A stretch of DNA of 16,861 nucleotides from a bacterium (GTDB lineage Bacteria; Zhuqueibacterota; Zhuqueibacteria; Oceanimicrobiales; Oceanimicrobiaceae), in contig JBBIIG010000083.1 in assembly GCA_037446635.1 (NCBI GenBank), positions 1 through 16,861 of the forward strand. The letters run 5' to 3'. Each line of letters opens with the position of its first letter. The stretch's first letter is position 1. The position numbers were made by a program, and so were the translations under genes. This document shows positions 7,749-15,957 of the stretch, one piece after another. The notes beneath the pieces are model-generated. The model was not told the DNA's origin, did no database searches, and worked only from the letters and a program-made list of their open reading frames with translations.

Positions 7749-8604
7749 ATTTTCGCCGCTCATTTTATCCGCCATTTTTCTGGCCAATCACACACAGGAA
7801 ACCACTTCGTCCGGCGCTGAAAAGGGCGTCATCGACATTCACGCGCACATTGGCAGCTTTGCCGGATTCGATCTCAGCATTGCGACGCTGCTGGCGAATG
7901 TGCAGCGGCACAAAATCCGGCTGGCGCTGATCTCCAACATCGATGGCGCCGAACTGCCGGAGACCCGCAACCTCGACGAAACCGCCGCCAACAACATTAC
8001 TTTGGAAACGATTCAACTTTACCCGGAGGTGTTCCGCGGGCTGGCCTGGGCCCGGCCCACGGATGGCGCGCCGGCCAATCTCGAGCCGTTTTTGCGCGAT
8101 CATCATTTTGTGGGAATTAAACTTCATCCCGAGATGAATCACTTCGCTGCTGATGATTCGCTGGTGGACGGCTATCTCTCTTTGTGTGAAAAATATGACG
8201 TGCCCGCGGTTTTCCATTGCGGCAAAAGCGGCAGCAACTCCGCGCCCCGCAAAATTTACCGCGCCGCGCAGCGCCACCCGACCGTCGCGGTCATTTTATA
8301 TCACATGGGATTCAAAGGGCCGCACGACGACGCCCTCGCCGTCGTCAAAGAATCGCTGCAAAATCGCGACGCCCGGCTTTATCTCGAAACTGCGCAGGCC
8401 GATCCGCCGGCCGTGCTGCACGCGGTCAAGGAACTGGGCGCGGAACGGGTGTTGTTTGGCAGCGACGCCACCTACTACGGCAAAGATCACTACGAACGCT
8501 ACGCAGCGCTTTCCGAGCTGCTGCGCCAGCAATTGCGCGACGAGGATTTTGCAAAAGTGATGTGGGGCAACGCCGAGCGTCTGTTCAAGTTGGAGGAGAA
8601 TTGA
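7741..8604 (+). CDS. Amidohydrolase superfamily protein (Amidohydro_2-type TIM barrel)
   Basis: Metal-ligand motifs IDIHAH, GIKLHP, FHCG, ILYHMG, RVLFGSD, and C-terminal VMWGNAERLF. GTG start overlaps the upstream stop. Confidence 0.88.
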   Translation: MLKFSPLILSAIFLANHTQETTSSGAEKGVIDIHAHIGSFAGFDLSIATLLANVQRHKIRLALISNIDGAELPETRNLDETAANNITLETIQLYPEVFRGLAWARPTDGAPANLEPFLRDHHFVGIKLHPEMNHFAADDSLVDGYLSLCEKYDVPAVFHCGKSGSNSAPRKIYRAAQRHPTVAVILYHMGFKGPHDDALAVVKESLQNRDARLYLETAQADPPAVLHAVKELGAERVLFGSDATYYGKDHYERYAALSELLRQQLRDEDFAKVMWGNAERLFKLEEN

Positions 8605-8676
8605 TTCGGTCTTGTTTTTTCAAATTTTTTTTATAGATTAAACTTACATTTTCACCAAAAAAGGGAACGCCAATTT

Positions 8677-8886
8677 ATGTTTAACAGAAAGAAGAACCAT
8701 CATACCGCTGCCGCGCTATTAGGCGGATTAGGATTTGTTTTAGGATTGGGCGCCGTCTTTCTTTTTGGAACGGAACGCGGCAAAAAATATCGCGATCAGA
8801 TCGGTGAAATGGCGGCCGATTTTCTGGAAACCATCGCCGATGGCTGTAAAGAGATCAGAAAGAATTTTTCATCCGAAAGCCAGTAA
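8677..8886 (+). CDS. Small YtxH-like membrane-anchored protein
   Basis: 69 aa; Gly-rich TM segment LLGGLGFVLGLGAVFLF followed by GTERGKKYRDQI, matching the YtxH pattern; purine-rich AAGGGAA upstream. Confidence 0.7.
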   Translation: MFNRKKNHHTAAALLGGLGFVLGLGAVFLFGTERGKKYRDQIGEMAADFLETIADGCKEIRKNFSSESQ

Positions 8887-8931
8887 CTCAACGGCACACA
8901 AACTTTGAAATCGTAGCGGAGGCCTTTTCTT

Positions 8932-9342
8932 ATGCCATTTTTGGAACCGAAATATCAAAAAGCCGCGGAGCTGCGCGTGAGCCGCCGGCCCAAACAATTA
9001 GCAGTGGTGAACCAGGGCGGCTGCACCGGCTGCATGGTGTGCGTCGATTTCTGTCCGGTTGATTGTATTGAAGTGGTACCCGGGCCGGATCCGACCAATC
9101 CCACCGTTCACAAATTAGTGGAGATCGATCTGCCGCGCTGCATCGGCTGCACCCTGTGCGCAAAATACTGCCCGTGGGAAACCATCACCATGTTTGAATT
9201 CGCCGACGCCTACGCCATCGCGCCGGAGTGGACGCTGCGCGCCAAAGTTGAAAAGCAGTGGGAACGCGAGCCGGTGCAGGAAGAGCAGGCGGTGCGTCCG
9301 CGGCGGCGGGATTTGGAGAAGCAAGCCGCGGCAGCAGAGTAA
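8932..9342 (+). CDS. 2x[4Fe-4S] ferredoxin-like protein with charged C-terminal tail
   Basis: Two CxxCxxCxxxCP motifs: CTGCMVCVDFCP and CIGCTLCAKYCP. RBS GGAGG at 8919-8923. Confidence 0.9.
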   Translation: MPFLEPKYQKAAELRVSRRPKQLAVVNQGGCTGCMVCVDFCPVDCIEVVPGPDPTNPTVHKLVEIDLPRCIGCTLCAKYCPWETITMFEFADAYAIAPEWTLRAKVEKQWEREPVQEEQAVRPRRRDLEKQAAAAE

Positions 9343-9406
9343 ATGGAGTGTCGGAATAATGGAGTAATGGAGTGATGGAGTGATGGAGTGATGGATCATT
9401 GGATCG
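9343..9406. repeat. Octamer tandem array, consensus ATGGAGTG, about 8 units
   Basis: atggagtg tcggaata atggagta atggagtg atggagtg atggagtg atggatca ttggatcg, starting immediately after the ferredoxin stop codon. Confidence 0.85.
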
Positions 9407-9421
9407 ATGACAGCGTACGGC

Positions 9422-9463
9422 ACGTCTGCCGTCTGCCATTTGCCGTCTCACTTTTTACGTTTC
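9422..9463. repeat. Degenerate heptamer tandem array, 6 units
   Basis: acgtctg ccgtctg ccatttg ccgtctc acttttt acgtttc; same family as the array at 7302-7336. Confidence 0.7.
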
Positions 9464-9485
9464 ACTTAAATCAAAGGACTGAACC

Positions 9486-9707
9486 ATGCCTGAACCTAAA
9501 AAACGAGATGCTTTAGCCCCCAAGAGTCTCATCGTCGAGATTAAAGATTCTGAAGGAAAAATCTGGGGCGCCGTTACTGCTACTGAAAAGCAGTTTTCCT
9601 CCGGCTCAGTAGGATTTTATGCCAATGGCAAGATCGAAAATCCGGACTCGCACGAACGCTATCAATTGGGCGCGAATATTATTTTGATTGGCAGCAAGCC
9701 GGAATAG
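9486..9707 (+). CDS. Small beta-rich hypothetical protein
   Basis: 73 aa, RBS AAGGA upstream, fills the gap before trpS; motif-like KQFSSGSVGFYANGKI...YQLGANIILIGSK. Confidence 0.75.
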   Translation: MPEPKKRDALAPKSLIVEIKDSEGKIWGAVTATEKQFSSGSVGFYANGKIENPDSHERYQLGANIILIGSKPE

Positions 9708-9739
9708 TTCTCGAAAATCAAAGCTAAGTTGGAAATAGA

Positions 9740-10750
9740 ATGACATCGAAACGCAAACGCATTTTAACCGGCGATCGTCCCACCGGTAAACTTCACCTCG
9801 GCCACTACGTTGGCACCCTCGCTAACCGCGTGCGGCTGCAGGATGAGTACGAGGTCTTTCTGCTGGTGGCCGATTACCACATGCTCACCACCCGCCACGA
9901 AAAGCATTTTATTCAGGAAGTGGCGGAGAATGCGCGCCATTTGGTGTTGGATTATCTCAGCGTGGGAATCGAACCGGAGAAGACGACCATTTACGTGCAG
10001 TCGCTGGTTCCGCAAGTAGCGGAAATCTGTTTGATATTCTCGATGCTGGTGACCGTGCCGCGTTTGCAGCGCGTGCCAACTCTCAAAGAAGTGATGGCCG
10101 ATCAGGAGATCGAAAACCCATCTGCCGGCCTCCTGCTCTACCCGGTGTTGCAAGCCGCGGATATTCTGATCGTCCGCGCGGATCTGGTGCCAGTGGGCAA
10201 AGATCAGGAGTCGCACATCGAAGTGTGCCGCGAGATCGCACGGCGTTTTAATCAACTTTATGGAAATGTTTTTCCGGAGCCCGAAGCGTTAATCGGCGAC
10301 GTGGCCACGCTGGTGGGCACCGATGGCAAAGCCAAAATGAGCAAGAGCCTCAACAATGCCATTTTTCTTTCCGACGACGCCGAGACCGTTGCCCAAAAAG
10401 TAATGAGCATGTACACCGACCCCAAGCGCATTCGCGCAACGGATCCCGGCACAGTTGAAGGCAATCCGGTGTTCATGTACCACGACGCGTTTAACTCCAA
10501 CAAAGAAGAAGTGGCAGAATTAAAAGAGCGCTACCGCGCCGGCCGCGTCGGCGACGTGGAAGTGAAGAAGCGTCTCATCGCGGCCCTCAATCAATTCCTC
10601 GAACCCATCCGCGAACGCCGGCAAAAATATTTAGCCAAACCAAAACTGGTGGACGAGATCATTCATCACGGAACCGAGAAGGTCTCCGCAGAAGCCCAAG
10701 AAACCGTGCGCTTGATGCGCGAGGCCATGGGGATGACCTATTTTACGTGA
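9740..10750 (+). CDS. trpS: Tryptophan--tRNA ligase
   Basis: [16 protein letters not shown] (HIGH-type), [29 protein letters not shown]. Confidence 0.97.
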   Translation: MTSKRKRILTGDRPTGKLHLGHYVGTLANRVRLQDEYEVFLLVADYHMLTTRHEKHFIQEVAENARHLVLDYLSVGIEPEKTTIYVQSLVPQVAEICLIFSMLVTVPRLQRVPTLKEVMADQEIENPSAGLLLYPVLQAADILIVRADLVPVGKDQESHIEVCREIARRFNQLYGNVFPEPEALIGDVATLVGTDGKAKMSKSLNNAIFLSDDAETVAQKVMSMYTDPKRIRATDPGTVEGNPVFMYHDAFNSNKEEVAELKERYRAGRVGDVEVKKRLIAALNQFLEPIRERRQKYLAKPKLVDEIIHHGTEKVSAEAQETVRLMREAMGMTYFT

Positions 10751-10989
10751 GACCGCAAAAAGGCAGATGTGAAAAGGTAATCACTTGCAACTCACGTCTT
10801 CCCGGGGGCGCGAATCAAGCAACGTTGGCTTCACGATTTCGTCTCCTCGAAAATGCAGCATGCCGGCGTTGGCTGATTTCGTTCATGAAAAATCTTGGTA
10901 CAGTTTTACGCATCTTCCAGCCTTTTTGAATATTTAGTGTATCATATTTAAAAATCCTTGAATACGATCACCAAATTCAAGAGAGACTC

Positions 10990-11637
10990 ATGCGGATAAT
11001 TCTCATCGGCCCCCCCGGCTCCGGCAAAGGCTCGCAAGCCAAAAAACTCACGAACATCCTCGGCGCGCCGCACATTTCATCGGGTGATATGCTGCGCGAA
11101 GCGGTTTCACGCGGGACGCCGCTGGGAAAGCTGGCGGAAAAATATATGCAGGACGGCGCGCTGGTGCCGGACAACCTGGTCATCGAAATGATTATGGATC
11201 GCATTTCCCAACCCGACGCCCAAAAGGGCTTTTTGATGGACGGCTTCCCGCGCACGCCGGCCCAGGCCGAAGCCCTCGATCAAGCCTTTAAAAAAACCGG
11301 CGTGCAACTCGACCACGTTTTGCTGTTTGAAGTGCCGGACGAAGAAATCATCGTCCGCAACTCGGCGCGGCGCATGGACCCGGTGACCGGCATCATTTAC
11401 AATTTGCGCTTCAATCCCCCGCCCAAAGAAATTCTGCCGCGCCTCGTGCAAAGGTCGGACGACGAAGAAAAAACCCTCCGCATCCGGCTGGCAAAATATC
11501 ACACCGAAACCCGGCCCATTATCCCTTATTATGCCAAACAAAACCTGGTGCGATTAATCGACGGTTTGGGGAGTTTTGACGAAGTGCAGAAAAGAATTCT
11601 GAAAGCGATTGGCCTCTCCGAATCCCCCAAAAAATAA
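10990..11637 (+). CDS. adk: Adenylate kinase
   Basis: P-loop GPPGSGKGSQ, HISSGDMLR, GALVPD, GFLMDGFPRTPAQA, QRSDD. Confidence 0.97.
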   Translation: MRIILIGPPGSGKGSQAKKLTNILGAPHISSGDMLREAVSRGTPLGKLAEKYMQDGALVPDNLVIEMIMDRISQPDAQKGFLMDGFPRTPAQAEALDQAFKKTGVQLDHVLLFEVPDEEIIVRNSARRMDPVTGIIYNLRFNPPPKEILPRLVQRSDDEEKTLRIRLAKYHTETRPIIPYYAKQNLVRLIDGLGSFDEVQKRILKAIGLSESPKK

Positions 11638-11754
11638 AGCGCCGATATTTCCAGGTCGCCGTGCATTTATTTTCTTTAGGAAATACCGACGCTTATTATT
11701 TGAGACCGTACGTAATACAAGGCCTGCCCGCAATTATTCCACTCAACAAAAGTT

Positions 11755-12372
11755 TTATTTCGCCGGCAACGGGGTGTTGTCCAAGCTCGCCCACAGGTAC
11801 CAGGTGGCAATCGAGCGGTAGGGACGCCACGGCTCAGCGATTTTTTGCAACTTCTCCGCGGCCGGCAGCTCAGCCAGGCGGTAAGCAATTTTCACGGCTT
11901 TGCGAAAACCGAGATCGTCCACCGGCAGGACGTCCAAGCGGTTGAGCGAAAAGATCAGAAACATCTCGGCAGTCCAGCGCCCGACCCCCTTCACCTGCGT
12001 CAGAGCGGCGATGATCTGCTGGTCGGACATTTTAGAAAATTTACGGGGCTTAATCAGACCGTTCTCGAATTTCTCAGCCAAATCTTTGATGTAGGTAAGC
12101 TTCTGCCGGGAAAGCCCGGCAGCGCGCAGTTGGGCTTCGGAAGTTGCAACCACCTCGGCCGGTTTGGGATAGCGCTTGCCGGGGTACAACTCCAAAAATC
12201 TTCGAAAAATAGTAGCCGAAGCTTTCACCGACAATTGCTGCGAAACAATCGACTCCAGCAGCGCGGCAAAATAATTTTTCACCGGCTGCAATTTGCAGTC
12301 GCCGATGCGCACGATAATCTTCTTCAAAACTGGGTCCGATTTTTCTAAATAAGAAATGACGTCTTCGTACAT
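11755..12372 (-). CDS. alkA: DNA-3-methyladenine glycosylase II family protein (AlkA/Mag, HhH-GPD), lacking the AlkA N-terminal domain
   Basis: ESIVSQQLSVKAS, GLSRQK, HhH motif LTQVKGVGRWTAEM, LPVDDLG, WRPYRSIATWYLW. RBS GAGG on the minus strand at 12381-12384. Confidence 0.9.
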   Translation of the reverse strand: MYEDVISYLEKSDPVLKKIIVRIGDCKLQPVKNYFAALLESIVSQQLSVKASATIFRRFLELYPGKRYPKPAEVVATSEAQLRAAGLSRQKLTYIKDLAEKFENGLIKPRKFSKMSDQQIIAALTQVKGVGRWTAEMFLIFSLNRLDVLPVDDLGFRKAVKIAYRLAELPAAEKLQKIAEPWRPYRSIATWYLWASLDNTPLPAK

Positions 12373-12396
12373 GACCGGTTCCTCAAAAATTTTCGC

Positions 12397-12425
12397 AAGC
12401 TAAATAAGCGAGAAGAAATCCGCAA
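12397..12425 (-). promoter_or_regulatory. Putative promoter for the alkA-family gene
   Basis: Minus strand TTGCGG (12425-12420), 17 nt spacer, TAGCTT (12402-12397). Confidence 0.4.
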
Positions 12426-12433
12426 GTAAATGT

Positions 12434-12462
12434 TTGACTTTACCCGCGAGTTTTGTTATCGT
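12434..12462 (+). promoter_or_regulatory. Putative sigma70 promoter with extended -10 for the 12492 gene
   Basis: TTGACT (12434-12439), 17 nt spacer, TG at 12454-12455, TATCGT (12457-12462); RBS AGGAG at 12481-12485. Confidence 0.55.
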
Positions 12463-12491
12463 TTGTTTGAAAAATTTGAAAGGAGTTGACG

Positions 12492-12803
12492 ATGGCCACC
12501 GCGAAAAAGGAACAATTCAAGAGAAAGCTTTCAGGCGATGAAGCGGGCGGGAATTACATCATGATCCAAAAACGCGATTTGGATTTTTTCCCGAAAGCCG
12601 GCAAGCCGTTTAAGCTCAAGATTGGTCGTAAGGAAATTGAAATGGCGGTCAAAGCAGTGGAGTGCTGGTGCATGGGGCCGCAGAAACCCCACAGCCATTA
12701 TCGCATCGACGCGGCGCCGCTGCGCGAACATATCAAGCTGACGTGGGGTTCGAAAGTGGTGATTGAAAAGTCGGGGGAGGAAAAATATAAATTGATTATC
12801 TGA
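12492..12803 (+). CDS. Small basic hypothetical protein with CxC-x6-HxH motif, possible B3/EcoRII-N-like pseudobarrel
   Basis: Good RBS and promoter; Lys/Arg-rich; FKRKLS..E...YIMIQK..LDFFP pattern; CWCMGPQKPHSH at 12663-12698. Confidence 0.78.
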   Translation: MATAKKEQFKRKLSGDEAGGNYIMIQKRDLDFFPKAGKPFKLKIGRKEIEMAVKAVECWCMGPQKPHSHYRIDAAPLREHIKLTWGSKVVIEKSGEEKYKLII

Positions 12804-12859
12804 TTAAGTATCGATCTTCTCGGCTTGTGTCGTTCCGATATTTTTTACAGGATAGGCTT

Positions 12860-15202
12860 ATGTTTAGAAATTACTTTAAAATAGCCTTTAGAAACCTGCT
12901 GCGATACAAAACCTATGCAATAATCAATATAGCAGGTTTCGCAATTGGAGTAACGTGCTGTGCCCTTCTTCTTCTTTTTGTTTATGATGAGACATCTTAC
13001 GATACCTTCCACAAGAATGGGAAGAGAATATTTAGAGTCATCAAAATCGATTCTGACTTAACCGGCACATTGGATAAAATTGCTATTACTCCTCCCCCCT
13101 TGGCTCCTGCCCTCATCGAAAATTTTTCGGAAATTGAGCTTGCGGTACGGCTAAAGATGTTTGGAGGTAACTTCAAATTTAATGACACTGAACATTTTGA
13201 GGGTTTCCTGTTCAGTGATCCCGGTTTCTTTGAAATGTTTTCCTTTCGCTTGATCCGCGGAAATTCTAAAACAGTTCTTACAGATCCCAAATCGCTGGTA
13301 ATTACTCAGAACAAAGCGGTTCAATATTTCGCGGACAGTGATCCTATAGGCAAGACGATTATTATGAAACACGGACAAAAGTCTTTTGAGTTTACTGTTA
13401 CAGGCATCATAGACGAGATCCCTAAAAACTCGAGCCTGCGCTTTGACATGCTGATGCCCATAGCCATAATAAAAGAGATTCTCGGCGAGAATAATCTGAA
13501 CAGTTGGAAAATAAATGATGTTATCACCTATGTCCAACTTAAACAGCCTGAAGATGCCGAAATACTACAAGCAAAATTACAGCAATTTGTTGAAAAGCAT
13601 TTTCAGAATCCTCCAAATGCGCTTGAATTGCAGTCAATACTAGACATCTATTTAGAGCCAGAAGTCAAAGGCGGAATCGAGGCGGTCAGCAACCCTCTCT
13701 ATTCGTGGATACTATCCGGCATTGCGATTCTGATCCTCATCCTTGCATGTGTAAATTTTATGAACTTGTCGACTGGACAGCTAACTGCACGTACCAAAGA
13801 AGTGGGAATTCGTAAAACAGTTGGTGCAAAACGTTTACAACTGATCACGCAATTTTTAGTCGAAAGCATGTTAATGAGTTGTTTAGTATTAGTTGTAAGT
13901 TTTTGCCTTTCACTGCAATTCTTACCGGTCTTCAATGAGCTTTCTGGGAAAACCTTTACTATTAAGGATATGTACAACTGGACTTATTTGCTTTCCATTA
14001 TAGGTTTAGTTCTTGTCACAGGGTTACTAACCGGCATGTACCCAGCGCTTCTACTGTCATCTTTTCATCCGGTGCAAATACTAAGACCTAAATTCAAGTT
14101 TACCGGTACAAATTTGTTCAGTAAGATTCTTATTGTCTTCCAATTTAGTGCTTCTGTGTTTCTCATAACCTTTACGCTCATCATGATTCGTCAACTTAGT
14201 TTTTTGAGGGACAAGGATCTTGGCTATAATGGTGAACAAATTGTTGTTGTGCCTATCGGTCAAGAAGCATACAGTATTTATAAAAATGAAATTTTGCAAT
14301 ACAGGGGTATCGTTGACGTAAGCAGCGGTATGGGGCCTTTTGGATCAGGGCTCATGACTGTCAAAATGGATTTTCAAGGAAGAGATTTTTGGTCTAGAGC
14401 TTACTCTTGCGACTATAATTTTATCGATGTGCTTGGAATAGAAATCATTGAAGGTCGTGGCTTTCAGACGGATCGAACAAGTGACAAGAAAGCGGTAATT
14501 GTCAACGAAGCGTTTATTAAGGAAACAGGCTTGATAAATCCAATTGGAAAAAGTCTACCAAGTTTCTTAGGGCTTAATAACCCAACCATAATTGGTGTGG
14601 TTAGGAATTTTCATTTTCGTTCACTACAATATAATATTGAACCCCTTTGTCTTTATTGGCAGCCATCATGGGCAACTTTCATTAAAATAAGACCTGAGGA
14701 AACATCAAAAACAATTGCATACCTGAAACAAAAATGGCAAGAGCTCCGCCCGAATGAGATTTTCGATTATTATTTTCTGGACGAATATGTGAATCGCCTT
14801 TATGACAAAGAGGAAAGATGGAGCAAAATTGCTGGCCTAGCATCAGCTCTTGCAATGATTGTAGCAAGTATTGGGCTTTACGGCATTACATTACTTGCTG
14901 TTGTTGAGCGTACTAAAGAGATTGGAATTCGCAAAGTGTTTGGAGCAACAGTATGGAAAATAAGTACACTTCTAACGAGGGATGCTATTGAATTGGTTCT
15001 TGTCGCAAGTTTAATAGCCGGGCCCATGGCCTTCTATGCCATACAAAAGTGGTTACAAAACTTTGCTTACCATTGTGAAATCACTATATGGCCTTTTGTG
15101 CTAGCATGTTCAATTGTCACATTCTTCGCACTTACCGCAATAAGTTTTCAAACATTAAAGGCATCTAATGTTAACCCGGCAAATTCGCTTCGATATGAGT
15201 AG
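12860..15202 (+). CDS. ABC transporter permease, duplicated MacB-PCD/FtsX type
   Basis: MFRNYFKIAFRNL start, two FtsX motifs (RTKEVGIRKTVGA and ERTKEIGIRKVFGA), KDLGYN, IIGVVRNFHFRSL, C-terminal NPANSLRYE. Start moved to ATG 12860. Confidence 0.93.
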   Translation: MFRNYFKIAFRNLLRYKTYAIINIAGFAIGVTCCALLLLFVYDETSYDTFHKNGKRIFRVIKIDSDLTGTLDKIAITPPPLAPALIENFSEIELAVRLKMFGGNFKFNDTEHFEGFLFSDPGFFEMFSFRLIRGNSKTVLTDPKSLVITQNKAVQYFADSDPIGKTIIMKHGQKSFEFTVTGIIDEIPKNSSLRFDMLMPIAIIKEILGENNLNSWKINDVITYVQLKQPEDAEILQAKLQQFVEKHFQNPPNALELQSILDIYLEPEVKGGIEAVSNPLYSWILSGIAILILILACVNFMNLSTGQLTARTKEVGIRKTVGAKRLQLITQFLVESMLMSCLVLVVSFCLSLQFLPVFNELSGKTFTIKDMYNWTYLLSIIGLVLVTGLLTGMYPALLLSSFHPVQILRPKFKFTGTNLFSKILIVFQFSASVFLITFTLIMIRQLSFLRDKDLGYNGEQIVVVPIGQEAYSIYKNEILQYRGIVDVSSGMGPFGSGLMTVKMDFQGRDFWSRAYSCDYNFIDVLGIEIIEGRGFQTDRTSDKKAVIVNEAFIKETGLINPIGKSLPSFLGLNNPTIIGVVRNFHFRSLQYNIEPLCLYWQPSWATFIKIRPEETSKTIAYLKQKWQELRPNEIFDYYFLDEYVNRLYDKEERWSKIAGLASALAMIVASIGLYGITLLAVVERTKEIGIRKVFGATVWKISTLLTRDAIELVLVASLIAGPMAFYAIQKWLQNFAYHCEITIWPFVLACSIVTFFALTAISFQTLKASNVNPANSLRYE

Positions 15203-15311
15203 AGATAGAGAGTCGGAAAGTTTCTTTCAGACAAAATTAAGGAGAGAAAACACTGTTGTAGAAAAATTTTACAGCAAGAAAAAACACGACGCTGCCAAAT
15301 TATGATCGCGA

Positions 15312-15731
15312 TTACCGGAACATCGCTTTGATGCTGCCCCAGGTTTGCCGGGCGCTGGAGATGGTGGGCGTAACCGAGATAACTTTGGAGTAGGAAAAGG
15401 TGTTGTCGTTATCGACGATTTTTAGGCGGTAGTAGTAGGTGCGCTCTAATTGCTTGAAAACCGACTTGTCTTCATAAGTGTAATCTTTTCTAAATTTTTG
15501 CTCGACGCTGGCGTTGACGAAATCGACGGCTTTGAAGCTGCTTTCGTTGGCGTTGTCCGGGCTGCGCTGAACCTCGAAGCCCTTCAAATTGATCTCATTT
15601 TCCGTCGTCCACTTTAGCGTGACCAGATTAAACCCCGGTTGGGCATCGAAATTCACGATGATGCTGCCGGCCCATAACAAGCTTATCATCATCAAAAAAC
15701 AAACGCAGCAAGTTACAAAAATTCTTTTCAT
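15312..15731 (-). CDS. Secreted single FN3/Ig-like domain protein with C-terminal TWGSIKAMFR tail
   Basis: Signal peptide MKRIFVTCCVCFLMMISLLWA; VTLKWTTENEINLKGFEVQRS and YTYED...YYYRLKIVDNDNTFSYS. Start moved from 15794 to ATG 15731. Confidence 0.85.
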   Translation of the reverse strand: MKRIFVTCCVCFLMMISLLWAGSIIVNFDAQPGFNLVTLKWTTENEINLKGFEVQRSPDNANESSFKAVDFVNASVEQKFRKDYTYEDKSVFKQLERTYYYRLKIVDNDNTFSYSKVISVTPTISSARQTWGSIKAMFR

Positions 15732-15762
15732 ACGAGTCGAGTCTCTGATTTTTTTGTCTGTT

Positions 15763-15790
15763 AAATTAGACTTTAATACGAAAAAGTCAA
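15763..15790 (-). promoter_or_regulatory. Putative promoter for the 15731 gene
   Basis: Minus strand TTGACT (15790-15785), 16 nt spacer, TAATTT (15768-15763). Confidence 0.35.
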
Positions 15791-15957
15791 GCACTTTTTT
15801 TTAATCGGTTTAGCCGGGGTAAACATTAAGATTTTTGTTGCATTTTCCTTTGATTCCGTTAAATTAAACCCCCGATACCGGACTTCAGCAGATTGCCAGC
15901 CAATTAATTTTCAGCCAAACAAATTTGTGGCGAGGAAAAAGGAGGGAGAGCAATCTC

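Noticed and set aside
9115..9451. Minus-strand ORFs with HHSITPSLHYS repeats
   Set aside because: Translation of the octamer array and the antisense of the ferredoxin gene.
9343..9467. Possible CRISPR array
   Set aside because: Units are 7-8 bp and contiguous, with no unique spacers and no cas genes.
10751..10989. Possible regulatory RNA or small ORF (10747-10929) between trpS and adk
   Set aside because: Only weak G-U-rich hairpins and degenerate heptamers; no T-box or riboswitch signature, and the ORF has no RBS or motif.
12810..15310. IS or integrative element boundaries around the low-GC permease
   Set aside because: No terminal inverted repeats, target duplications, tRNA or recombinase gene seen.
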